64,000 bases of DNA from an uncultured delta proteobacterium (GTDB lineage Bacteria; Desulfobacterota; RBG-13-43-22). The notes beneath the pieces were generated by a model. It saw only the letters and a list, made by a program, of their open reading frames with translations. It was not told the DNA's origin and made no database searches. Both the position numbers and the translations under genes were made by a program. Below are positions 33,456 through 44,307 of this stretch, one piece after another (position 1 is the first letter of the stretch; every line of letters begins with the position of its first letter). The stretch covers positions 20,134 to 84,133 of the forward strand of contig CAVQFQ010000019.1 in assembly GCA_963711835.1 (NCBI GenBank). Direction: 5' to 3'.

Positions 33456-34466
33456 ATGAAAGATCTCGACCTGGCCTGTCCCTCTGGAAAAAAAGACCCT
33501 CCCGAGAAGGCAGCGGATGAGTGCCGGCATCCCTCCCTCTACCGGGAGGAGCTTCCCGGAATCGTTGCCGAGCTGGTTGAAAGCTGTCAGGACCCGGAAA
33601 CCTTCCACCATCTGAACCTGGTGGGCCTCCCGTCCCGTCAAGCGGTCATAGAGATTGTGGAACGGCTCAAAAAGGTCCTTTTCCCAGGATACTTTGGCGA
33701 AAACGAGGTGGATGGATATAATTTGACCTACCAGATCGGGAATGAAATCAACGCCCTTTTTGAACTTTTTTCAAGGCAGATAACTTTGAGCATCCGCCAT
33801 GAATGCCGGCGCTATCAGCAGGTCTGCACCTTGTGTCAGGATAGGGGGCAGCAGGAAGCCATCCATTTTCTTGAACAATTGCCGGGACTTCGAAAAATTC
33901 TGGCCGATGATGTTCGGGCCGCCCTGCAGGGTGATCCAGCGGCCAAGAGCTTTGATGAAATTATCTTTAGCTATCCGAGCATCCTGGCTATTCTGACTTA
34001 TAGGGCGGCCCATGAACTTTTTCACCAGGAAGTGCCCTTGATTCCCAGGATGATGACAGAATATGCCCATAATATCACCGGAATCGATATCCATCCCGGG
34101 GCCCACATCGGCCGTCATTTCTTTATTGATCATGGCACCGGAGTAGTGATAGGGGAGACTTGCATCATCGGGGATCATGTGCGTCTCTATCAGGGGGTAA
34201 CCCTGGGGGCCTTAAGCTTGCCCATGGAAGAAAAGGGAGACCTTCTGAGAACCATGAGGCGTCATCCCACCCTTGAGGATCGGGTGACCATTTACGCCGG
34301 GGCTACGATCCTGGGCGGGGATACCGTTATAGGGGCCGGATCCGTTATCGGGGGAAATGTCTGGCTGACCCGGTCAGTTCCTCCCGGAACCACGGTCATG
34401 ATCGAAACTCCTAAACTTCGCTATAAAGAGGAACATAAGGAAGTGACGAGTACGAGTAAAATGTGA
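33456..34466 (+). CDS. cysE: Serine O-acetyltransferase (EpsC/long type)
   Basis: 'GDPAA.S..E....YP', 'TGIDIHPGA.IG..FFIDHGTGVVIGET', 'YQGVTLGA', 'RHPT'. Confidence 0.92.
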   Translation: MKDLDLACPSGKKDPPEKAADECRHPSLYREELPGIVAELVESCQDPETFHHLNLVGLPSRQAVIEIVERLKKVLFPGYFGENEVDGYNLTYQIGNEINALFELFSRQITLSIRHECRRYQQVCTLCQDRGQQEAIHFLEQLPGLRKILADDVRAALQGDPAAKSFDEIIFSYPSILAILTYRAAHELFHQEVPLIPRMMTEYAHNITGIDIHPGAHIGRHFFIDHGTGVVIGETCIIGDHVRLYQGVTLGALSLPMEEKGDLLRTMRRHPTLEDRVTIYAGATILGGDTVIGAGSVIGGNVWLTRSVPPGTTVMIETPKLRYKEEHKEVTSTSKM

Positions 34467-34565
34467 CGAGTGACGGGTGCCGGGGGAGATGGGCGATGGC
34501 TGACAAATTCTATGGATCCAGAAATCCAGTATCCAGTATCCAGTATCCGGCATCCGGTACCGAGT
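34443..34565. repeat. Heptamer tandem repeats (GTGACGR; ATCCAGT/ATCCGGY)
   Basis: atccagt x3 plus atccggc and atccggt at 34524-34559; gtgacga repeats overlapping the end of cysE. Confidence 0.7.
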
Positions 34566-35964
34566 GACAAATATGATCAGTTCAACTTTCTTTAAATCCC
34601 TGATCCAGGATGCGGTCTATGAACTGGAAAAGGTTTTCCCTTATGCCTCCGGGCTGGCCTTGGAAACCTGGGGGGAGCGGCTGACCGTCCAGACCAGACA
34701 ACAACAGGCCGAACCCCTGGATCCGTTCCGGGGCCTGGTCCTGACGGCCTTCAATGGCCGCAGCTTTCTGGAGACTGCCTCTCATAATCCAACCCCGGAA
34801 GGTCTCCAGGAGGCGGTAAAAAAACTCCAGGACCTAGGGAAAGACCGGGGGGTCTTCTATAACGGCCCGCCGGTCGATCCGGGGCCTAAAATGGAAAAGG
34901 ATTTTTTCGTTCCCATTGAAAAATACCCTGAAGCCATACCTCTTCAGGAAAAGATCCAGGCCTGCCGGGATATCAAGGACCGGCTCCACGACCAAGATAA
35001 GCGGATTGTCCAGGCTACCTGCCAGTATGCGCATGTCCGGAACAGGGAACTGTTCATCAACAGGAATAAGGTCCTTTTCCAGGATTTGCGGCGGACCCAG
35101 ATGGTGGCCATGATTGTAATGAGGGAAAAAGATCAGTCCGTGACCCTGCACACCGGCCAGGCCCTTCAGGGAGGCTATGAAAAGGCCTTTATCCCGGAAA
35201 CTAAACTGGCTCAACTGGTCAGGGATTGCGAAAAATTGCTTTTCGCCCCCCGTCTCCGCCCCGGGTATTATGAGTGCATTTTCTCCCCGGATTTTTCAGG
35301 GATCTTTGCCCATGAGGCCTTCGGCCATGGCATGGAAACCGACATGTTTTTAAAAAAACGGGCCAGAGGTGAGGACTATCTGGGCAGGGCAGTGGCTTCC
35401 GAATTGGTCGATATGTTTGACTCCCCGGCCTTGCCGGGTCAGGCCGCTTCCTTCTATTTTGACCACGAAGGTGAACCGGCCAAAGAGACCCAGATTATTA
35501 AGAAGGGTATCCTGAAAAGGGGGCTGACCGATCTCAATTCGGCCCTGCGGCTGGGCTTGCCGCGTTCGGCCAACGGCCGCCGGGAATCTTTTGAACGAAA
35601 GGTCTATGCCCGGATGACCAATACCTATTTCGGGCCGGGAGAACAGACCTTGGATGAAATGCTGGCCTCCACCAACCAGGGTTTTTTCCTGGATCATCCC
35701 TCCAATGGAATGGAAGATCCTAAGGGCTGGGGAATCCAACTGGAAGGCTATTATGCCGAGGAGATCCGGGAAGGAAATTTGACCGGAAACATCTTCAGCC
35801 CGGTCATCATCACCGGATATGTCCCGGATCTGCTCCGGTCCATCTCCATGGTTGGAAATACCCTGGAGATCAGTGGTCTGGGGATGTGCGGTAAAGGGCA
35901 CAAGGAATGGGTCAAGGTGACCGACGGGGGGCCTTATCTGAAGCTTCGGGCCAGACTGGCCTAA
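34564..35964 (+). CDS. tldD: TldD-family metalloprotease
   Basis: HEAFGH zinc motif, 'ANGRRES', 'RMTNTY', 'CGK'. Confidence 0.9.
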   Translation: MTNMISSTFFKSLIQDAVYELEKVFPYASGLALETWGERLTVQTRQQQAEPLDPFRGLVLTAFNGRSFLETASHNPTPEGLQEAVKKLQDLGKDRGVFYNGPPVDPGPKMEKDFFVPIEKYPEAIPLQEKIQACRDIKDRLHDQDKRIVQATCQYAHVRNRELFINRNKVLFQDLRRTQMVAMIVMREKDQSVTLHTGQALQGGYEKAFIPETKLAQLVRDCEKLLFAPRLRPGYYECIFSPDFSGIFAHEAFGHGMETDMFLKKRARGEDYLGRAVASELVDMFDSPALPGQAASFYFDHEGEPAKETQIIKKGILKRGLTDLNSALRLGLPRSANGRRESFERKVYARMTNTYFGPGEQTLDEMLASTNQGFFLDHPSNGMEDPKGWGIQLEGYYAEEIREGNLTGNIFSPVIITGYVPDLLRSISMVGNTLEISGLGMCGKGHKEWVKVTDGGPYLKLRARLA

Positions 35965-36045
35965 ACCCGCCAAGCGGTCTGCGGTGATAGCCGGCAAAAA
36001 CCTTTTCCGACTTGTTCGGGGTGGAGGGGTCTGCAGGGAAGGATC

Positions 36046-37341
36046 ATGGATATCAAACAAATTCGGAAAGAAATAGAAAAGCTAACCGGCTTGTCGGCCT
36101 GGGAGATTCGCCGGCATCGGAAAAAAAGCCTTCAGCGGTATTTGATCTTCGACCAAATGGAAGCCCAACGGCAGGTGGAAACCGAAAAATTCGGGGTGAG
36201 TCTTTATACGATTCGCAATCAAGAGGGCTTAAAGGTACTCGGGGAATCTTCTCTGGTCCTATCGGAAGGAGATGATATTCGTGAACGGATCCGTACGGCC
36301 TTTGAGATGGCCGGACTGATTGCCAACCCTGTTTTTGCCCTTCCGGGAAAAGGGCTGATCTATGAAGAGGTCGGGATCCGGGACCCGGACCTGAGAGACC
36401 ATCCCTTATCCTATCTGGATCAAATCCAGGAGGACCTGGTTGCCGCTCCCCTGCCGGGGGTAAAAAGAAGCTCGGCCGAGATCTATATTGAAGAAAAGGA
36501 ATTTTTTCTAGTAAATTCCAACGGCCTGGAAAGGGGCGAGACTTCTTCCGAGATCCTGGTGGAATTTGTTCTACTGGCCGAAAAAGGGGCGCTCTTAGAG
36601 GGGGAAAGCCAGGCCACCCGACGGGCCCGATTCTATAAGGATCTCCATCTGACCGAAACCCTGGAAGACTATGCCCGCTTTGCCCGGGAAGCCCAGAAGG
36701 CCGGCCTTCCGAAAAGCGGGACGTATCCGGTGGTTTTTTCCGGAGAGGCCCTGGATACCTTGTTCAACTTTTTTGTCCTGCAGAGCTCAGGACCGGCCGG
36801 TTTTCAAAACTGGTCCCAGTTTCATTTGGAGCAAGCGGTTATTCAAGAGATAACCGGAGAGCCCTTGACCTTGTTCAGCAACCCGGCTTTTTCCTGGGGA
36901 TTAAGGAGCCGGTCTCTTGACGAGAACGGGCTGCCCTTGCAGCGGGTTGAGGTTATTCGGGAGAATATCTTTAAGAAGAGGATGAATAACAAACGGTATG
37001 CGGATTATCTTCAGGAACAACCTACCGGAGACTTCTCCAATATCGAGGTAAAAAGCGGGGCTCAATCGGAAGGGGCCCTGCTGTCAGGGTCCCCTTGTTA
37101 TTATCTGTTCCGGTTTTCCACCTTTGAACCGAATCCCATTACCGGGGCCTTCTCCGGAGAGATCCGGACCGGGTATTTGATCCGGGATGGTCAGCGACAG
37201 CCGGTTAAAGGCGGTTCTGTTTCCGGACGCATGCAGGAAGCCTTCCGGAGGGCCTTTTTTTCTAAAGAGAGCACCCAAAGGGAAGCCTATTTCGGCCCGG
37301 CCGCGGTGCGGATTGAGAAGTTAGAAATAGCGGGGGAATGA
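36046..37341 (+). CDS. PmbA/TldE-like partner subunit
   Basis: Follows tldD; 'DENG.P', 'TGAFSGEIR.GY..G...PVKGGSVSG'; no HExxH motif. Confidence 0.8.
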   Translation: MDIKQIRKEIEKLTGLSAWEIRRHRKKSLQRYLIFDQMEAQRQVETEKFGVSLYTIRNQEGLKVLGESSLVLSEGDDIRERIRTAFEMAGLIANPVFALPGKGLIYEEVGIRDPDLRDHPLSYLDQIQEDLVAAPLPGVKRSSAEIYIEEKEFFLVNSNGLERGETSSEILVEFVLLAEKGALLEGESQATRRARFYKDLHLTETLEDYARFAREAQKAGLPKSGTYPVVFSGEALDTLFNFFVLQSSGPAGFQNWSQFHLEQAVIQEITGEPLTLFSNPAFSWGLRSRSLDENGLPLQRVEVIRENIFKKRMNNKRYADYLQEQPTGDFSNIEVKSGAQSEGALLSGSPCYYLFRFSTFEPNPITGAFSGEIRTGYLIRDGQRQPVKGGSVSGRMQEAFRRAFFSKESTQREAYFGPAAVRIEKLEIAGE

Positions 37342-37489
37342 AAAAATATGTGTTAAAGGGGTCAAGGATCAAGGGGTCGAGGGTTCGAGTGAAAAACACT
37401 AAAAAGTAAAATGGCCTTTCCTGGAACCCTGGAATCCCCGGTCCCTGTTGGTCACTATTATTTTCAAACTGTTAATAAAGGGAGGCAGC

Positions 37490-37972
37490 ATGGAATTACT
37501 TATTCAAAAACTGGAAATTCCGGAGGGGGCCAATGTTATTTTCGGCCAGTCGCATTTTGTCAAAACCGTAGAAGACCTGTACGAGATCCTGGTCGGATCC
37601 GTGCCGGGAATAAAGTTTGGGCTGGCCTTCAGCGAGGCCTCCGGACATTGCCATATCCGAAGCGTCGGGAATGATCCGGATCTGGAGGCGGCCGCTATTC
37701 GGAATACCCAAAACCTTCAAGCCGGCCATACCTTCAATATCCTGATGAGGCAGGGCTTTCCCATCAATGTGCTCAATGCCGTCAAGAATTGCCAGGAAGT
37801 CTGTACGATATTCTGCGCCACGGCCAACCCTGTGGAAGTCATCCTGGCCCGGACCGAACAGGGCTGCGGGGTCTTAGGGGTCATTGACGGATCATCCCCC
37901 AAGGGTCTGGAAGGGGAGGAGGGCAAGGCTTGGCGGAAGGATCTCCTGCGAAAATTCGGTTATAAGCTTTAA
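37490..37972 (+). CDS. Adenosine-specific kinase/DUF355 family protein
   Basis: 'NVIFGQSHFVKTVEDL', 'AFSEASG', 'CATANP', 'GVIDG', 'R..L..FGYK'. Confidence 0.9.
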   Translation: MELLIQKLEIPEGANVIFGQSHFVKTVEDLYEILVGSVPGIKFGLAFSEASGHCHIRSVGNDPDLEAAAIRNTQNLQAGHTFNILMRQGFPINVLNAVKNCQEVCTIFCATANPVEVILARTEQGCGVLGVIDGSSPKGLEGEEGKAWRKDLLRKFGYKL

Positions 37973-37982
37973 AGGGGGAAGT

Positions 37983-38327
37983 ATGGTCAGGTCTCGACTC
38001 TGGCTGCAGTGTGCGGCCATGCACGACCCGGTTTCGCCGGTTTTAGTGCAACCGGCCATTATCGGTTGGGAGGCGAAAAAACGATCCATCAGTTTGACCA
38101 TCGAGAGGCCCTTTAAAGGAGAGGAACTTCTGATGCGCATGAAGGGCTGGGTGACCGCGGATCCCAAGGAGGTCCTGGGCCTGATTAAACCGGAAGGATT
38201 TTTAAAGGTCTATGATCAAGGCCAACTGGTGGTGGAAGCGGATTCCGAAAACCTGTTGGATCAGATCCAACAGCGATTGGCGGCCCGTTTCGGGGATCGG
38301 GTTTTTTTAGAGCCGATGCCCGATTGA
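37983..38327 (+). CDS. Hypothetical protein
   Basis: RBS GGGGA, operonic position and plausible composition; no motif recognised. Confidence 0.7.
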   Translation: MVRSRLWLQCAAMHDPVSPVLVQPAIIGWEAKKRSISLTIERPFKGEELLMRMKGWVTADPKEVLGLIKPEGFLKVYDQGQLVVEADSENLLDQIQQRLAARFGDRVFLEPMPD

Positions 38328-38346
38328 TTTTGGAGATTTAAATTAA

Positions 38347-39255
38347 ATGGTTCATCCGGAAGAACGAAGATTAGTGGTGCCGGCCTTTCTCAGAAAAGGA
38401 GATACCATCGGGATCATTACACCGGCCAGTCCCTATGACTCAGGACTCTTGATGGAGGGTCAAAAGATCTTGAGGCATTGGGGATTTCAGGTCCGCTTAG
38501 GCAGGGCGGGATTCCGTAAGAAACATTACCTGGCCGGGAGCGACAGGGAACGGGCGGAGGAACTGACCGAGTTTTTCCTTGACCCGGAGATCAAGGCCGT
38601 CATCTGCTCCCGGGGGGGGTACGGGACCCTGAGGCTCCTGGAGCACTTGGATTTTAAAAGACTGGCCCAGGCCCCCAAGATTTTCATGGGCTTCAGCGAT
38701 ATTACGGTCTTGCTGCTGGCCTTCTGGCAGAAAACCCGGCTGATGACCTTTCATGGCCCGATGGTCACCACGCTGAAGCGTGTCAAAACCCCGGTCTTAA
38801 ACCGGGTCAGGGAGACCTTGGAAGGTAATTTTCAGGTCACGATTCAACTCCCTCAGCGGGGCTGCCTTCATCCGGGCCAAGGAAGCGGCTTTCTTTTAGG
38901 CGGGAATCTCACTCTCTTGACCCATTTGATCGGGACCCCTTTCGAACCGCAGTGGGATCAGGCCGTCCTATTTCTTGAAGATGAAGGCGAAGACCTTTAT
39001 CGTTTGGACCGTCTCTTCATGCACCTGCGTTTAAGCGGTGTTTTAGGTAGAATCTCCGCGCTGCTCTTGGGCCGGTTTGTGCCCGAGGAACGGAAATCCC
39101 AATTCCTGAAGATGATCAGGGAAGTCCTGGGCGATCCGGATATCCCGGTCTGGAGCGGTATGCCTGTCGGCCATGGCGATCAGAATATCCCCTTGCCCAT
39201 AGGTGCTCCGGCCTTTTTTGACGGGGAAGCCGGTCTCCTTACCATTCCATTGTAG
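38347..39255 (+). CDS. LD-carboxypeptidase (peptidase S66)
   Basis: 'RGGYG', 'GFSDIT', 'HGPM', 'GGNL', 'FLED', 'GHG'. Confidence 0.92.
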   Translation: MVHPEERRLVVPAFLRKGDTIGIITPASPYDSGLLMEGQKILRHWGFQVRLGRAGFRKKHYLAGSDRERAEELTEFFLDPEIKAVICSRGGYGTLRLLEHLDFKRLAQAPKIFMGFSDITVLLLAFWQKTRLMTFHGPMVTTLKRVKTPVLNRVRETLEGNFQVTIQLPQRGCLHPGQGSGFLLGGNLTLLTHLIGTPFEPQWDQAVLFLEDEGEDLYRLDRLFMHLRLSGVLGRISALLLGRFVPEERKSQFLKMIREVLGDPDIPVWSGMPVGHGDQNIPLPIGAPAFFDGEAGLLTIPL

Positions 39256-39261
39256 TCCCGC

Positions 39262-40368
39262 ATGTCCTTTTCCCCAAAAATTGACGAACTCATGAAGCAG
39301 GGGGTGGTGGAAGGGGTTTTCCCCGGCGCGGTTATATTGGCGGCTCTGGGCGAAAAGATCCTGATCCATCAGGCCTATGGGTATGCCGTCCTGAATCCTC
39401 AAAAAGAACCGGCGCATCTTTCCACGGTCTATGACCTGGCTTCACTGACCAAACCCCTGGCCACCAGCTTGGCCGTTATGGCCCTGATCCAGGAAGGGAA
39501 ATTAAGGCTGGATCAAACCCTGTCTTCTCTGGGGCAAGGATTTATTTTTCCCGGGAAGGAAGCTATCACCGTCCGTCAACTCCTGGCTCATTCCTCAGGA
39601 TTCCCGGCCTACCGGCCCTATTACATCCCTTATTCTCCGGAACAAACCATTGACAAAGGCCGATTGAGAAGCCAGGTCGGCCAGGAAGCCCTGAGTTACC
39701 CGCCGGGTTGCGGAACCCTTTATAGCGATTTGGGATTTATTATCCTGGAAGGGATCATCGAGGAACTTTCCGGACAAGATTTGGACCTCTGGACCCGGGA
39801 GAACCTCTATAAACCCTTGGGCCTGGCCCGGTTAGGCTTTCGACCCAGGATGGGGGCGGTGGCGGTCGAATCGGAAGCCTATGCGGCTACAGAATATTGT
39901 TCCTGGCGAAAGAAAATTATTCGGGGTGAGGTTCATGATGAAAACAGCTTTGTCGTCGGGGGGATTTCCGGGCAGGCCGGACTTTTCGGCCGGGCCATAG
40001 ACGTCTTTCACATCCTGAGGAGCTTGAAAAAGGTCTATGACGACCCCACAGACTCCGGGTTGTTTGAGGGACCTTTAGTCCGGGCTTTCTGGCAAAAACA
40101 GGAAGAACCGCTTGGAACGACCAGGGCCCTGGGTTTCGATACTCCGGCCGAGCGGGAATCCAGTGCCGGTCGTTATTTTTCACGCCGAAGCATCGGACAT
40201 CTGGGATTTACCGGGACCTCTTTCTGGCTGGATTTGGAGACGGATCTGATGGTGGTCCTGTTATCCAATCGCATCCATCCCTCCCGGACCAATGAAAAGA
40301 TCAAACTCTTCCGTCCTCTGATCCATGATCTTATTTTTACTGAAGTTTTTCAGCGTGAAAAACTTTGA
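39262..40368 (+). CDS. Serine hydrolase, beta-lactamase class C-like
   Basis: 'DLASLTK' (SxxK), 'YSDLGF', 'VHDEN', 'GHLGFTGTS'. Confidence 0.9.
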   Translation: MSFSPKIDELMKQGVVEGVFPGAVILAALGEKILIHQAYGYAVLNPQKEPAHLSTVYDLASLTKPLATSLAVMALIQEGKLRLDQTLSSLGQGFIFPGKEAITVRQLLAHSSGFPAYRPYYIPYSPEQTIDKGRLRSQVGQEALSYPPGCGTLYSDLGFIILEGIIEELSGQDLDLWTRENLYKPLGLARLGFRPRMGAVAVESEAYAATEYCSWRKKIIRGEVHDENSFVVGGISGQAGLFGRAIDVFHILRSLKKVYDDPTDSGLFEGPLVRAFWQKQEEPLGTTRALGFDTPAERESSAGRYFSRRSIGHLGFTGTSFWLDLETDLMVVLLSNRIHPSRTNEKIKLFRPLIHDLIFTEVFQREKL

Positions 40369-40513
40369 CTTCCTTTTCTCTTTACGATATTAATAATAAT
40401 TTTTAGCCGTAAGGTCCTACAGAAGGGTTCTGACGATTTCGCTGGACCCTGGTTATATACCCAGCCGGACAGAGGATGAAGCAGGAGTTCATTAACTCAC
40501 GGAGGTTAAGGAC

Positions 40514-41689
40514 ATGGAAGAATTCAGGCGCATGACCCGCCTTCCCCCCTATGTTTTTGCGACGGTCAATGCCTTAAAAATGGATCTTCGCCGCCAGGGA
40601 GAGGACGTGGTGGATCTGGGTATGGGAAATCCGGACCTGGGTACTCCCAAACATATTGTGGACAAACTGCGCGAGGCGGCCCTAAAATCTCCTAACCATC
40701 GCTATTCGGCCTCCCGGGGGATCACCCGGCTTCGATCCGCCATCTCCGATTGGTACCGGCGGCGCTTCCAGGTGGAATTGGATCCGGAATCAGAAACCAT
40801 CGTAACCATAGGGGCCAAGGAAGGCATCTCCCATCTGGTTTTGGCCACCACCAGCCCGGGGGATGTGGTTTTTGCTCCAAATCCCACCTACCCGATCCAT
40901 CCTTTTTCGGTTATCATCGCCGGCGGGGATTTGAGGAGTATTCCCTTGAGCCAGGATCGCGATTTTTTTGAGGACCTGCTCATTGCGACCAAACAGACCT
41001 GGCCCAGCCCCAAGATGCTGATCATTTCTTTTCCCCACAACCCGACGACCATGGTCGTTGATCTGGGATTCTTTAAAAAAATCGTTGAGTTTGCCAGGGA
41101 ACATACCATGATAGTTATTCATGATTTTGCCTATGCCGACCTGGTTTTTGACGGCTATAAAGCACCCAGTTTTCTACAGATTCCCGGGGCTAAAGAGGTT
41201 GGGGTGGAATTGTTTTCCCTTTCAAAAAGCTACAGCATGGCCGGCTGGCGGGTGGGGTTCGCCGTGGGCAATCCCCAATTGATTCACGCCCTGACCCGGA
41301 TTAAGAGCTATCTGGATTACGGGGTCTTTCAGCCGATCCAGATTGCCTCCATTATTGCCCTGAACGGACCCCAGGAGTGCGTTCAGGATATCGTTGATAC
41401 CTACAAGGAAAGAAGAGATACCCTGATCAGAGGGCTGAATAGGATAGGCTGGAAGGTCGAAAAACCCAAGGGCACCATGTTTGTCTGGGCCAAGATTCCC
41501 GAGCCTTTCCGGAAGATGGGATCAGTTGAATTTTCCAAGTTTCTGATCCGGGAAGGGAAGGTGGCCGTTTCCCCGGGGCGGGGGTTTGGGGAGTACGGCG
41601 ATGAGCATGTCCGGTTTGCTTTAGTGGAGAACTCCCATCGCATTAAGCAGGCCGTCCGCGGGATCAAAAAAGCTTTGAGCAAAGGCTGA
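40514..41689 (+). CDS. alaC: PLP-dependent aminotransferase class I/II, AlaC type
   Basis: 'LPPYVF', 'DLGMGNPD', 'PHNPT', '[14 protein letters not shown]', 'KSYLDYG.FQPIQ'. Confidence 0.88.
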   Translation: MEEFRRMTRLPPYVFATVNALKMDLRRQGEDVVDLGMGNPDLGTPKHIVDKLREAALKSPNHRYSASRGITRLRSAISDWYRRRFQVELDPESETIVTIGAKEGISHLVLATTSPGDVVFAPNPTYPIHPFSVIIAGGDLRSIPLSQDRDFFEDLLIATKQTWPSPKMLIISFPHNPTTMVVDLGFFKKIVEFAREHTMIVIHDFAYADLVFDGYKAPSFLQIPGAKEVGVELFSLSKSYSMAGWRVGFAVGNPQLIHALTRIKSYLDYGVFQPIQIASIIALNGPQECVQDIVDTYKERRDTLIRGLNRIGWKVEKPKGTMFVWAKIPEPFRKMGSVEFSKFLIREGKVAVSPGRGFGEYGDEHVRFALVENSHRIKQAVRGIKKALSKG

Positions 41690-41720
41690 TCCGCAGGATC
41701 GGGCTGACTGAGAGGCCGAT

Positions 41721-43031
41721 ATGAAAGAGATACAGGTAGGTTTGATTGGGTTGGGGACGGTCGGGACCGGGGTGGCCAAGATCCTTTTCGAAAAGGCGGA
41801 ACACCTGCAGGCCATGGTCGGCCTTCCCCTGCGCTTAAAAAAAATCGCCGACCTTGATCTTGAGAAGGACCGGGGCCTGCCGATCCCCCAGGGAATACTG
41901 ACCGACCGGGCCCAGGCTATTTTGGACGACCCGGATATCTCCATTGTAATCGAATTGATCGGAGGTCTGGAGCCGGCCGGGGCCTTTATCTTAGCGGCCC
42001 TGAAAAAAGGGAAACATGTGGTGACGGCCAACAAGGCCCTGCTGGCCCAAAAAGGGGACGAAATTTTTGAAGAGGCTGTTAGGAGCCGGGCCGATGTCGG
42101 CTTTGAAGCCAGCGTCTGCGGGGGCATACCGGTTATTCTGGCCTTGAAGCAGGGACTCGTGGCCAACGAAATCGAATCCATCCACGGCATTGTCAACGGC
42201 ACATCCAATTATATTCTGACCCAGATGACCGAGGCCGGCCTGCCTTATGAAGAGGCCTTAAAGGAAGCCCAGGCCAAGGGTTATGCCGAGGCGGATCCAA
42301 CCCTGGATGTTGAAGGATGGGACACCTTCCACAAGTTGGCCATACTGATGCACCTGGCCTATGGTGCTCCCTTGGGGAAAGAGCCTATCTTCGTCGAGGG
42401 CATCACCGGCATTACTCCATTGGATATCACCTATGCCCGGGAATTCGGCTATCGCATCAAACTGCTGGCCGTTTGCCGCCAGGACGGCAATTTCCTGGAA
42501 GCCAGGGTCCATCCGGCCATGATTCCATCCGGCCATATGCTGGCCAATGTTCAGGGGGCTTACAATGCCCTTTATATCCACGGGGACTCGGCGGGGGATA
42601 TCTTGCTCTACGGCCAAGGGGCCGGGATGATGCCTACCGCCAGTGCCGTAGTCAGTGACCTGGTCGAGATTGGTCGCAACCTGGCCAACGGGATCGCCCG
42701 GAGGATCCCTCCGGCTTTGTCGGCCCGGGGATTTCAGAAAAAGGGCCTGGCCCTGAAGCCTTTTTCTGAGGTGGTGGCCCGGTATTATATTCGGTTTTCC
42801 GCTTTGGATAGTCCCGGCGTTCTCTCTTCGATTTCCGGCATCTTGGGCTCCCATCGCATCAGTATTGCCTCGGTCATTCAAAAAGGCCGGGGAATAAGCA
42901 GTTCGGTTCCCATTGTTATGATGAGCCACGAGGCCAAAGAGTCGGATGTCCAGGAAGCCATCAAAGAAATCGACCGGCTGCCGGTCATTACCAGCCGAAC
43001 CGTCATTATTCGGGTGGAAGCGCCGGAATAA
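41721..43031 (+). CDS. hom: Homoserine dehydrogenase with ACT domain
   Basis: GLGTVG, 'VVTANKA', 'EASVCGGIP', 'NGTSNYIL', 'GYAEADPT.DV.G'. Confidence 0.95.
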   Translation: MKEIQVGLIGLGTVGTGVAKILFEKAEHLQAMVGLPLRLKKIADLDLEKDRGLPIPQGILTDRAQAILDDPDISIVIELIGGLEPAGAFILAALKKGKHVVTANKALLAQKGDEIFEEAVRSRADVGFEASVCGGIPVILALKQGLVANEIESIHGIVNGTSNYILTQMTEAGLPYEEALKEAQAKGYAEADPTLDVEGWDTFHKLAILMHLAYGAPLGKEPIFVEGITGITPLDITYAREFGYRIKLLAVCRQDGNFLEARVHPAMIPSGHMLANVQGAYNALYIHGDSAGDILLYGQGAGMMPTASAVVSDLVEIGRNLANGIARRIPPALSARGFQKKGLALKPFSEVVARYYIRFSALDSPGVLSSISGILGSHRISIASVIQKGRGISSSVPIVMMSHEAKESDVQEAIKEIDRLPVITSRTVIIRVEAPE

Positions 43032-43046
43032 AAAATCAGGGCTGAC

Positions 43047-44276
43047 ATGGCGCGAAAATATATCATTCTGGTTGGAGATGGGATGGGGGATTATCCCCAG
43101 GAAGCCCTGGGAGGGAAGACGCCTTTGGAAGCGGCTTACACGCCGCATATGGACGCCATTGCCTCAAAGGGGATTATGGGCTGGGTGCAGACTATTCCGC
43201 CCGAGTGCGAACCGGGCAGCGACATTGCCAATCTCTCCATCTTGGGTTATGACCCTCTCCAGTATCACCGGGGCCGGGCCCCCTTTGAGGCCCTCAGTAT
43301 GGGCCTCTCTTTGAAAGACCATGAGGTGGCTTTCCGCTGCAATCTGGTTTTTCTGGATCATTCGGAGAAAGGGCCCATTACCATGGGCTCTTACAGTGCC
43401 GGCCATATTTCGACGGAAGAGGCTAAGTCCATCATCACGGATTTGAACGTCTTTTTCCAGGGAGGCCCGGTATCTTTTTACCCGGGTGTCGGTTATCGCC
43501 ATATTGTCATCTGGGAAGGAGCGGATCCGGCCATTAAGACCCTGCCGCCCCACGACCTGACCGGCCAGAAGGTTACCGAGTATCTTCAGGCCGAAGGACC
43601 CCTGGCTCCTGTGGTTACGCTTATGCGCCGGTCCTGGCCTTTTCTAAAGGACCACCCCATCAATAAGGCCAGGAAAGAAAGGGGACTTCTCCCGGCCAAT
43701 TCGATCTGGTTGTGGGGGCAGGGCTGCCGTCCCAGGATGCCTCTGTTCCCGGACCGCTTCGGCATCCGGGGAGGCATGATCTCGGCCGTGGATTTGTTAA
43801 AAGGGTTGGGCCTGGCAGCCGGGTTGGAATCCTTGCCGGTTCCGGGGATAACCGGTTACCTGGATACCAATTATAAGGGGAAGGCTGAAAAAGCCCTGGA
43901 GGCCCTTCAGGAAAAGGACCTGGTTTTTCTTCATGTCGAGGCCCCGGACGAAGCTTCCCATGAGGGGAGTCTGGAGAAAAAATTAAAAGCCATTGAGGAC
44001 TTCGACCGGGAAGTGGTGGGGCCTGTGCTGGAAGGGCTTTCTCAGGGGGGACCTTTTTCCCTGCTGGTCCTGACCGATCATTTCACTCCCCTGGAGGTGA
44101 TGACCCATACCAGGGAGCCGGCTCCTCTGGGTCTGCTCAGGTCGGAAGACGAGAAAAATCCAAAAATGAACAGGGGCTATTCGGAAAGATCCGCTTTGGA
44201 AGGGGAGGCCGCCTTTCCCAAAGGGGACGATCTGATGCCCTGGTTTATACAAAGAGGCCTGAGGCCCAAGGCTTAA
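43047..44276 (+). CDS. apgM: Cofactor-independent phosphoglycerate mutase family (ApgM/proposed homoserine kinase type)
   Basis: 'GDGMGD', 'TPLE.A', 'PGSDIAN', 'HVEAPDEASH', 'DH.TP'. Confidence 0.88.
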   Translation: MARKYIILVGDGMGDYPQEALGGKTPLEAAYTPHMDAIASKGIMGWVQTIPPECEPGSDIANLSILGYDPLQYHRGRAPFEALSMGLSLKDHEVAFRCNLVFLDHSEKGPITMGSYSAGHISTEEAKSIITDLNVFFQGGPVSFYPGVGYRHIVIWEGADPAIKTLPPHDLTGQKVTEYLQAEGPLAPVVTLMRRSWPFLKDHPINKARKERGLLPANSIWLWGQGCRPRMPLFPDRFGIRGGMISAVDLLKGLGLAAGLESLPVPGITGYLDTNYKGKAEKALEALQEKDLVFLHVEAPDEASHEGSLEKKLKAIEDFDREVVGPVLEGLSQGGPFSLLVLTDHFTPLEVMTHTREPAPLGLLRSEDEKNPKMNRGYSERSALEGEAAFPKGDDLMPWFIQRGLRPKA

Positions 44277-44307
44277 GGTTCAAGGGAAAACAAGGACGAA
44301 CTTCTCT

